NCBI GenBank assembly: GCA_030141605.1 | Contig: JAQGDQ010000003.1 | Span: 62,001 to 126,000 of the forward strand | Direction: 5' to 3' | DNA from: Tubiluchus corallicola | Taxonomy: Eukaryota > Animalia > Priapulida | DNA: 64,000 nt | In this document: one piece after another, positions 49,201 through 59,232 of the stretch | How positions within the stretch are numbered: the first letter of the stretch is position 1 | How the letters are laid out: each line of letters opens with the position of its first letter | Notes under the pieces: model-generated | Seen by the model: the letters and a program-made list of their open reading frames with translations, nothing else | What the model was told of the DNA's origin: nothing | Databases searched by the model: none | Position numbers and translations under genes: made by a program

Positions 49201-51631
49201 CACGTGTACATTACAAGATTTAAAAACTGCATGCTTAATGCGACCAACAACCCGAACTTCGACTATTTAAAGTTCATAGAAATTTGGATCCAACTGAGAT
49301 CTCCATCATAGTTAAATTACTCAGTACACCGTCTAGTGTCAATATTGGTGTTATTTGCTAAAACGGCGCTTTTTTGTTTTTCAGTTTCAGTTCGGTTATT
49401 GTCACGTTTTCACACTTGTTTTAATTCGCGTCATCAATATCTATTTCGTTAACTGAGTAGCTACTTTCAAAACCTTTTTTACAAATTATCCTGACAGCCA
49501 ATCTTAAAAAACCGTATTAAGGGCCTTTTTGTTGGGGTGGGAAACTTGCTGTTACCTTGAGTTTGAGCTTTCCGCTACTAATATTTCAAACATCATGTGT
49601 AAAACCTTTTAATGTTGCTCCACAAACAGAGAGATTATCAATGCTGTGTACGCGTCTTACTGAGATCTACTGTATGAAGTGCATCAGCCTAACCAATAAA
49701 TCTACACTATGTCTCGTATACCTGAGAGCAGCTAGTGAAAAATGTTTCACTGCTATTACAATTTTCGTACTTTTTGCCCTAAAAAGTATATATATATATA
49801 TATATATTAGCCTACCATTATTTTGTTTTAGGTCACATGTCATATCTCGGTATGATAGAAACAGAGCATGCGCACACTCATCCAGTCGTCATTGTTTTTG
49901 CCCAGTTACTGGTGGACAGCATTGGAGGCGAACACAAACGCATCAAACCAACTCACCAGAAACCAACTGTGCCTAAGACGATCCGTAAATTCTCAGACCA
50001 AAGCACTATATCGAGCATCTCACAACATATAGAAGAAGAAGCAATTAGCGAACCAGAAGTAACATTTGTATTTATATGTGAGACTAGCTACAGCAGAAAG
50101 ATACATACGCCTGATTATTACAATATTATAACAGTCCTAATTAATGATCAAATTAGCAAGCATAATATTGTGTAACCGAGACTAGTCTACAGAAAATAAA
50201 TAATTAAAGTTAATGCTTACATGCCAGTCTTGATTCTATTTCAGCCTTACGACTGAATATAACCAAGACACCCAAAAAACGTCCCGATAGATAAAAAGTG
50301 ATACTTAAGTGCGTTTGCTTCTTTATCATTTCTACAGAAATGGCAAGTATTAAAATCTATATCACTAAGATCCGACTGCTGAAAATCGATTTTAACCTAT
50401 TAGAGAAAAATTTTAATATCAAATTAATTTCGATGTCACTCATTAAACAGGATGCTGTTGCTGTTGAAAACGGAGAAGCAATTCCAACTGCTATAGTGCC
50501 AGGAATATTTGACAAAGAACTGCAATTGATGAGTCCAGCAGATTTGGAAACTTTGGGCAATTTAGTGGGTACGTAGTAGTTTGACACTTTGTCTCCATGT
50601 CACATCGCTACGTCGATTTTTGACCTTATGGCCAAATTCTCAATGTTGACAAAGAAAAATATAAAAGAAGAAACCAGTATGTCTTTATATCTTTATGCTA
50701 GCATAATAGCTTGAGAATTTGTGCAACCATTTTAAGCCTGATAAAAGAGACATTATGAGATTATAATTTTACGAAGTATTGCGTATTCTTAACCTAGTGT
50801 AGGACTTCTGAGTAATTTTCACTCCTTGTAGATACGTTGCCGAAACTTGCACGGAAGCGAGCTCGTAATCGATGGTTTCTAGCCTACACTCTCATTCGCA
50901 ATCGGAGACTGCGCAAAAAACGTAGCTGGCAGGTATTCAAAGACAAGGTTGGCCAGCTGGTAGCTACCTATGGCACCCCACCTGGAACACCGCTCCTCAG
51001 TTATCATCAGCACCATGGCAACTCTGGTTCGACAACACCTACTCAGCATGGGGCGAGGTGGTACATTTCGCAGCCTGAAAACGCCTCTCCCCCAGGAACT
51101 CCTAACTTCTTAAACTTCCATAGTGGACGACGAAAAATTCTTATAGCAGAACCAGATTTTCATGGGTTGCCAGGTGATCCGGAATATTCTGTACCCAAGA
51201 TTCCTAGCAGTAGTAGACTGGAACAGCTTCGCAAATCCCACAGCCGGGATTCAATGGAGCATGGCTTAGTTACAGGAGCTCCATGCGGTAGCCGAGTTGA
51301 TGAGTTAAAAAGAACTCACAGCCGTGAGATACTGGAACGTGGAACGGCTCCTGGAGAGCCATCTAGTGTCAGTCGAACTGACCGTAACGAACTAAAAAGA
51401 TCACACAGTCGAGAACTTCTAGAACGAATGCTAGCCAATAAAGAGCTACCCAATGATGATGGAAACATCCATATAACAAGATCTGCAAGTGAAGAGGTTG
51501 TAGAGAAGCGGGACATGGCAAAAACCACGGAGTCTGTAGAAACCGCAACTATAACAATAACACAGCAAGACGAACGTGATAAAGATTGTTCCGTCGACAG
51601 CAGAACGGTTAACACTGATTCTGTGGTGTAA
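39021..51631 (+). CDS. STRA6: STRA6/RBPR2-like multi-pass membrane protein (907 aa, 18 coding exons)
   Basis: Exons 39021-39110, 40456-40517, 40798-40943, 41360-41480, 41774-41849, 42414-42530, 42822-42907, 43396-43543, 43932-44052, 44856-44940, 47036-47123, 47566-47614, 47926-48031, 48659-48778, 49030-49193, 49832-50058, 50451-50568, 50832-51631 (2724 nt, all GT-AG, phases consistent). Family motifs: VPLNLL..RWSYAAAFGA, FYPIFACL, YVKHLLR, YTGFQIAFLTWG, FFLQPK..PLALKN, RLDRTIIMRG..DKG, HTHPVVIVFAQLL, RARNRWFLAYTLIRN. Orthology to STRA6 versus STRA6L is not resolved. Confidence 0.9.
39390..40330. repeat. Highly degenerate 10/20-bp minisatellite (TGTGAAGCC/GAGTGAG cores) in STRA6-like intron 1
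   Basis: TGTGAAGC, GTGAGCC and AAATGAG recur at roughly 20-bp spacing over about 900 bp. Confidence 0.65.
42960..43340. repeat. (GAT)n/(GAC)n/(GGT)n trinucleotide low-complexity tract
   Basis: Seen directly; a similar tract lies at about 42575-42765. Both are intronic. Confidence 0.9.
45724..46165. repeat. (TTAGTA)n-(TTAGTG)n-(TTAGTA)n hexamer array
   Basis: A pure TTAGTG core (about 45789-46035) flanked on both sides by TTAGTA runs, inside a STRA6-like intron. Confidence 0.97.
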
Positions 51632-52321
51632 ACATTATAAAGACTGATGCTGAATTTCAGAAAATTTTTGGGCAAAATTAAATTTTTTATTGCACTCTAT
51701 GATTTTGCAAACAGAGTTTAATTGCTCTAAATAGCCCAAAAACATTTTTCCAGAAGCATGTTACTATTTTTGTACTATTGCTTCCATGAAATGCTTATAG
51801 GCAATATGATATTTATAACAACTCAGTAACGGTAACTCAGCCAAATGTGCTAACCGACTACGAAAAGCTCGAGTAAGCAATTAATTTGATTTTCATTGTC
51901 ATCACGTTGTTTTGCTGTTCAACATACCTCATATTTTAAAGAATCAGATAATATGGTCGTTAAAATAATAGCTGGAATTTGCTTTACGGCACGGTTCTTT
52001 GCTCCATGGTTGCCACTTAATGTATATACCTTAAAATGATTAGAATATTAATGCTAAAAAGTATCGTGTACTTTTATTCACATTCTATCAGAAATAGAAA
52101 AACTTACAGCAAGATAGTAAATTGATTGTCATTAGCAGGCCCATATTAAAAACAATTCGAAAATAGAATACCAGAATAAACAATCAAAATAAAACTTAAA
52201 CATTAAAACAGAACAGTATAAAATTATTATGGCCTGCAATACATATCCGTTAACTATATTATTTAAATCTATACTCCCAAATATTCAAAAGCGGCCTTCA
52301 AAAGCGGACAAAATGGCCACA

Positions 52322-52565
52322 AATTCAAACATTCATTTGAAAGTGTTACAGAGAAGTGGAACTGCTATAATTTTAATAGTTCTTATCAAAAGTGTGTCGA
52401 ATAAATACATGTTGTTTGTTAGACATATTCCGACTTTAATTCAAAAATTCATTTGAAAGTGTTACTGAGGAGTGGAACTGCTATAATTTTAATCGTTCTT
52501 ATTAAAAGTGTGTCGAATAATTGTCGAAAGAAACATGTTGTTTGTTGGACATATTCCGACTTTAA
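52322..52565. repeat. About 116-bp tandem duplication abutting the GPCR stop codon
   Basis: AATTCAAA-ATTCATTTGAAAGTGTTAC..GACATATTCCGACTTTAA occurs at about 52322 and about 52438. Confidence 0.9.
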
Positions 52566-54019
52566 GGTTGATCAGATTTACAAATGTACAATCTTTGATA
52601 AGCTTTTCGGAAATGTTTATGTCGTAATGCATAAAACACTGGATCAAAGACAGAAGTCATGATAGAGAAAGATGCACTTAATTGCAAATCATAAACGTTC
52701 TCGTTCCAATAAGCGTTGATCGCAGAAAGAGTGAAGTATGGTACGCTAGTCACGTAGAACATACCTGCCAATAATACAAATGTCATTGCAAGCCCAAGTT
52801 CTTTTCGTAATTTTATCACTTGTTGTGGTTTAAAATTAACAGATGCTTCTTGGGTTTCAATTGAATGAATGTGTCGTCGTGCAATGACGAAGATCTTACA
52901 ATACAAAAATGCTATGACAGAAAATGGCAAATGAAGGATTGTGATGTTGAAGATAATCCACAACCAAGCAGGATATAGCTTAAACGGACGACAACCCTGA
53001 CTAAAGTCGCCTGTGTTAAAAGTGAAAACAATTACTAAGTAGACCAATGAGAACGTGGTATAAATAAAGATTGTCACTTTTGCTCGAATTTCGGTTACGA
53101 TAACTTTATATCTGAGTGGTCTAACAAGAGCAATGTATTGATCTGTGGCAACGGCAATTAGACTAAAACACGTTATTTGAGCAATACAATAAAGCAACCC
53201 GTGAGTTAACAAGCAAAATGAGATTGTTTCAAAGACGGAACGAATCAGAACATTTTGCAAAAACAAGTATCCTATGACGAAATCAGAAACCGAAACAGAA
53301 ACTACAAATAGGTATCTTGTCTGCTGAAATGTAGAATGTCTGCCTTTGTAGATTGCGAAGATAACTGTTGCATTGAGAAACATGATTGTCACGCTAATGG
53401 CAACCTGAAACAAAATAACCAAAGAGAGGCCATTGAAACAAAAGTTAATGTAATATGGTATTTGTAGTAACGGTAAGGCAACAAATGTAAAAAAATGTAA
53501 AAAAACACAAATGTGCAGACTCGATTAATTTTTACTAACAGTAAATACATAAAAAAGTTTAACATCTATTATTTTATTGAAGCAAGATGCTGGTTAGATA
53601 AAAAAATTATGATTGCACGTACGTATACACGGTAAGCGCTAGTTATTCAAGAAGGAACTTAATTTTACTAACTATTTTTTTCGAATTTGTTCAGCTTGTT
53701 AAAGCAAGAAAGTAGATTTCTAACGTCAGAACGATTAAGTAGCGAATCACTTTCATCATTGCACATACGCAACAGTAAGCGGTCACGGCGTGTGATTGGC
53801 TACTAAAGTCAAGCAATGCAAAGCCAGCGAGACCGACTTGTTGGAGATCGCTTAATTAGGAATATCACGCTTGGACAATTACTTTTACTGTGATTCCGAA
53901 TTATTTCGTTTGTTTTTTCTTGTTTGAAAAAGCGAGAGAGCGAGAGAGAGAGAGAGAGAGAGAGAGAGTGCGTGCGTGCGTGCGGGCGGGCGGGCGAGCG
54001 GTCGCTCGTGCGCGTGCGC

Positions 54020-54050
<31 letters not shown>

Positions 54051-55048
54051 GTCGAGAGATAGAGAGAGAGAGAGAGGGAGGGAGAGATAAAGGAAAAAAG
54101 AGGAATAGAGGAGGGAAAGAGACAGACGGGGAAGGACAGAAAGAGAAAATGAGAGGCCTAGGGAGGTAAAGAAGGAGAAGTAAACAGAGAAAGAGAAATC
54201 GAAGACTTTATCCTACAAAAATAGCAGATTTAGCACTTTAAAAAGATAACCGTGATTTTTCTGCTAAAAATTCTGTCTAAGAAATGTTTTTCTGTGAAAC
54301 GAATTTCCTAGAGAAAATATTTTCTTTGAAAAAATCTTTCTGGGGAAAAAGTTTTTGGTAAATTTTTTTCTGGCAATTTTTTTTCTGGGAAAGTTTTTCG
54401 GTGAAAAAAATTCTGGGAAACGGACCTAAACCTATTGATGAGGGATGTCGTTGGAAAAAAGCCTGAGGCTCCCTGATTTTGTAATGGATCGTCAAGAAGT
54501 TTCACAACTATTCTACATCTGCATCTATTCTAGATGTTTAATCTGCCAAATTTAATTTAAGGCGGCACTGACGTCATATTTTCTACGATCTTGAGCTCAA
54601 CGAGCTGCTCGACCAATAATTCGAGTCGAGCTTGTTAAACTAATTGTTACTCATATATAGATCACTTTGGATAATATTATAGTAAAAACGCTTGCCATGT
54701 TGTGGAGTCATTCAATAATGGACTAACTGTCATTAGCTAGGACTAGGCCTACTATTTTTCATAATCGACGAAAGATTGGAAAATAATGAGAAAGAGAGAG
54801 GGGGGAAAGAAAGACAGACAGACAGATATACACACAGTCAGCGAGAGGGTGCGAGAGAAAGAGAACTGGAGAGACACAGAGTCAAAGGCTGAGGCAGAGT
54901 GACAAATAGAAGAGGCAGATAACTCCAGATAATTGATAGTATAATACCTTACCCGATAAATTGTTCCAGTCAATTGAATACCTGGAAGTCTATACGGATG
55001 GTCTTGTACACTGTCATTGCTAGAGTTAGATGCTTCGAATTGTAGCAT
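52562..55048 (-). CDS. Orphan rhodopsin-like (class A) GPCR, 312 aa, 2 coding exons
   Basis: Exon 1 is 54953-55048 (MLQFEASNSSNDSVQ..TIYR, two N-glycosylation sequons, donor CGG|GTAAGG). Exon 2 is 52562-53404 (acceptor TTTCAG), phase 0. Seven hydrophobic segments; TM1 Asn, TM2 SD, Cys3.25, DQY+IALVRPLRY, TM5 P..LYCKIFVIARRH, TM7 DPVFY, helix 8 FRKA. Confidence 0.9.
53933..54200. repeat. (GA)n/(GCGT)n/(GT)n compound microsatellite in the GPCR intron
   Basis: Seen directly. Confidence 0.92.
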
Positions 55049-55950
55049 AGTTAGTAATCAAATGAATTATACATGCTCTTAAGTCATGCTAAAAGTTCCC
55101 AGATGATACATATGTGAAGCACTTTCAGTAGCATATATGAACTACGATTTGAAAATCAGTGGTGCTACAATATCACATAGAGTTCAGCACACGTGATTCT
55201 AAAATTTGTCCCCTCTCGTTACTATTGTCTTTATATAAAGTTTGAGTTGCTCTAACACTTGCTTCTAAACCCATTCAGCGTTGGGTTCGTTCATGACAAT
55301 GTGGGCGTAGCTAAATACGACATTGTCCAATAAAAATAGCTTCTTTGAAAGGAAGTAAATGTGAAGTTTTACTACTACGAAAACAATAAGAATAATGTTA
55401 TAATCGAAAAATAAAAAAACGAGTTCACATAAATGACAGTGTTGAAACTTCTGTAATCTGGAAAAAGAAACCATTCGTCACTGGAAAATGACGTCAACAT
55501 CCACGGAAACCTTACAACAAAACTCTTCGCCCTAACATTCTTGCCAAGTAGATTTTATAGCATGAGAGTATTAGATGTAAGACTAGGGCATCTAGCAGGG
55601 CAGTTGCAAAACATAAGGGAGAACCAGTGTGATCGAAGCACTTTGCATTGATTGAATTTGCAAAAAAACTAGTTGTATAAAGGCGTTATTAAGGGCACAC
55701 AAAAACTGCTGACTTGAGAGATGTTAATAATATCGCTAGATGACCTTGTTAGAATTCAGGATAATCGTGAAGAAGCTGCACATGAGTTCAAAGGAAAGGA
55801 ATGTTGAATGTCTAAAAGAGAAAAAGTCAGGTGCCAAAGACAGCTTTTACTTGGTGCTGCAGCTAGAGTTATGAATGGCCGACACATAGAACATCTTCAT
55901 ACTGGTCAGCCCGCCAGTCGTAGGAAATGCAAAACGAACAAGACAGACAG

Positions 55951-56657
55951 GTGAATCAGTCCGAAAGCATGTCTAACATCATGAGTGGTAATAGAAACCC
56001 CGAGAGACAGTAAGAGAGAGTGAAAGTAGCTGGTTTGCTGAGAGTCAGTTGATGTTCAACTTTGAGTTGTTTTGGTGAAGAGAATTAGCTGTCTAACAAT
56101 AATGCAGTAAAGCAGTTGCACTGTGGGCGAATCAGTCCGAAAGCATGTCTAACATCATGAGTGGTTATAGACACCCCGAGAGACAGGAAGAGAGAGTGAA
56201 AGTAGCTGGTTTGCTGGGAGTCAGTTGATGTTCAACTTTGAGTTGTTTTGGTGCCGAGAATTAGCTGTCTAACAATAATGCAGTAAAGCAGTTGCACTGT
56301 GGGCGAATCAGTCCGAAAGTATGTCTAACATCACGAGTGGTTATAGAAACCCCGAGAGACAGGAAGAGAGAGCGAAAGTAGCTGGTTTGCCGAGAGTCAG
56401 TTGATGTTCAACTTTGAGTTGTTTTGGTGCAGAGAATTAGCTGTCTAGCAATAATGCAGTAAAGCAGTCGCACTGTGGGTGAATCAGTCCGAAAGCATGT
56501 CTAACATCATGAGTGGTTATAGAAACCCCGAGAGACAGGAAGAGAGAGTGAAAGTAGCTGGTTTGCTGAGAGTCAGTTGATGTTAAGCTTTGAGTTGTTT
56601 TGGTGCCGAGAATTAGCTGTCTAACGATAATGCAGTAAAGCAGTCGCACTGTGGGTG
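55951..56657. repeat. Tandem repeat, 4 x 176 bp
   Basis: The unit start G(T/C)GAATCAGTCCGAAAG recurs at 55951, 56127, 56303 and 56479; copies differ by only a few substitutions. Confidence 0.97.
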
Positions 56658-57959
56658 TGGCGTATGTACACAAAACTGTGAAAGGTATGTTATGGCCGTA
56701 CAATACATATTCGGAAAACACGGCTTCTGAAATATATTGACTACACGTACACGTTGTCCAGAGAAGAGTTTCACGGTAATGTACTTCAATCCGGCTTTTC
56801 GAGCTTTATGTTTAACTGTTTTGGTGACCAATTTTTAATGTTTAATTAATTTGCCTATTTGTCTAGGCCTTACTGTGATCGTGTCCTTCGATTTCTTTTT
56901 GTTTTTTATTCCCAAATTAAGTTAACAGAGAGTATAATTACAGTGTTTTGACTTTTCTAATGTCGCAAAGTAATTTAATAGCGCAACCCGCTCTCGTGAA
57001 CAGTCCCTTATTTGTAACAAAAAATGAGATGTTTGTGACAAAACCAGAGCCTTGGAGTCTTGGAGTCTTGAGTAATGTACTCTAAAAGTCTGTAACGACA
57101 CACTAGAAGTTTGGGGTGCGCCTGACTCACAATGAGAGATATCCTTCTAAGTTGAGTCACTGAACCAACAGCAGTGTCCGGCTTGTAAATTGAACCCAGG
57201 TGGCTACCCATCACTTGTATAAAAGCGCCAGTGTTCAAACATGAACTTCAGCAAATTGTTATGTTATGCTTTCCGAAAGTTATGCAGAACAACAACAACA
57301 GCTATAGCATTATTGGTTTCAAAATAATATTCGTTATTGTTTTGAGATCTACTAATTTAATACAATCAATAGCCCATTGCGAAAAAAATTTCTCGCGGCA
57401 ATTAAGTGTAGGAAAAGGAAGTGGCGTACCATAGTAACGAGTATTTCGTTTTTGTGACATGCTGCAATTTTCTGTAATTCTGCTCCAAATTTATTATTTT
57501 GATCTGTGTCTCTGATCAAGTGATCATGGGCGAGTCAGCCTGCAGTTAATAACAATATTAACTTGTTTCAGGGACTTAACTTCAAGCTTTTTATCAAGAG
57601 TGTTATTTTAATTAATTGTATTGTGCTTTATTTTACTTTCATCTTTTTGAGGTGATGTTATCTTGAATAAATATCTTTTCTAACTTATGACCGTATTTTA
57701 TCTTAGTACGTTAGCCCGTCGCAGCGATTTCGATTTCGCCAATGAATCTTATTTGATAAAAGAAGATTTCCCGTCTTGCTCAGAACTGCGTGGGATGGCA
57801 TCATGGCAGCCTGAACTACGGAAGTTTTAAAAATTCACACAAATTTCAATAGAAAGCCTTTCAAATCTAAAGTATTGCTCACTTTTTGTTAAATTATGGA
57901 TGTTTCAAGTAGGTTTTTATAAAAAAAAGGTTTCATTTTTTGTTAACCTAATTTATTTT

Positions 57960-58125
57960 CCTGCTTAAATGAGTTGACTAAATTTTTTGATGGCCCATCT
58001 AACCAACTTTGCCGGTGTTCATATTTTGCACTTTAACTTTAGAAAAGCTATTGACTCTGTACCTCTAAGATGTCTACTGTTCAAGATGGAATTTTTAGGA
58101 ATCTGTAGTAATTTACTAAAATTTG
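57960..58125 (+). mobile_element. CR1/L2-type LINE reverse transcriptase fragment
   Basis: Translates as VHILHFNFRKAIDSVPLRCLLFKMEFLGICSNLLK, a decayed version of the RT motif D-F-x-K-A-F-D-x-V-x-H-x-x-L-L-x-K-L-x-x-x-G-I. Confidence 0.7.
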
Positions 58126-59232
58126 CAGCGATGTGCATCAAAGTCGATACAATAACGATATTTCCAGTATAGTACGGTAATGATAAATATCGATGTTTTG
58201 TATAGATGTGATAGTCAATAATAACTGTTTCATTTTTTATGATGTGTGTATTTATCGCTAACATCACCAACTGTACTGGCATTGAGATTCGAGTTAGAAC
58301 CATTGAAATATTAATATTTATTTTAACTGGGTGAGCTAACCGTCTGGACTACAAAAGCTAGTACAAGTTGGCAGTTTTAATACTAATAGTAATAATAGTA
58401 TTTGCATACTTGCTTTTCGGTGATAAACTTTTACATCAAATTATTAATTTAGGTTTTAATGTCTGTAGGCCACTACCCTTGACTTATTTATACATGAGCG
58501 AATGTTTTTCTTGCTTTTGGTAACTTTTGAACATGGCATTTGCTGTCAAAATTGCTTAACAAAATAACACAATTTGGCCAGTTCTGAAAGTGATCTAACA
58601 CACACATCCTGCACTTAGTGTAGAATATAAACATTAATTTTTTGCATGTGTAGGTATGACAACTTTACATTTACTGCTGTTGATATTTGCTACTATTTGT
58701 CAGAGGTGTTGAACACTGATGCTGTTTTTTCTCGGCTTGTCTGCATTTCTGTCCTTAAACATCCACATATTTATATTTCCTAAAAAGTAAAAAGAAATTG
58801 AGATAAACAAATGTTGCACCAAAATTTTTTCTTTATCTGTCAAACAAGGTTGATGATTAATTAAGTCTGACACTTAAATTTGAACATACCGCTCGGTAGT
58901 GCTTTTGCTGATTAACTGGCATTTTTTAATTGTATTACTAGGTACGTTCTACATGACTCCCGCTAATTAACTTGTAACTGCATTTCATTTTGGAACGGTT
59001 CACGTTAAATATCATTAATGATATAATGTCAAGTGCCAACGTACAGGTTTTCCATAATTCTTTGTACACTGAACATTTTATTAATTATTCACATTTGAGC
59101 ATAGGGCTACCACATACTGGCTGCTGGCAGTTGAGCTAGTTATTGCACCAAGTTGTTTTGTATTTGATCTTTTCGCTTTTAATTGCCAAGTACAAATAGT
59201 ATCATGTTACAATTATTTTTATTCATTTCTAG

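Noticed and set aside
50245-50297. Extra STRA6-like exon after a good acceptor (TTTCAG)
   Set aside because: Stops in all three frames; the model is in frame without it.
55951-56657. CRISPR array or hammerhead-ribozyme satellite
   Set aside because: Whole units are duplicated with no unique spacers and no cas genes. CGAAA..GTC is present, but I found no correctly placed CTGANGA core on either strand.
58656-58712. Signal-peptide-like mini ORF MTTLHLLLLIFATICQR as first exon of the last gene
   Set aside because: Its donor is phase 2 while the LOTUS exon needs phase 1, and a signal peptide does not fit a cytoplasmic LOTUS protein.
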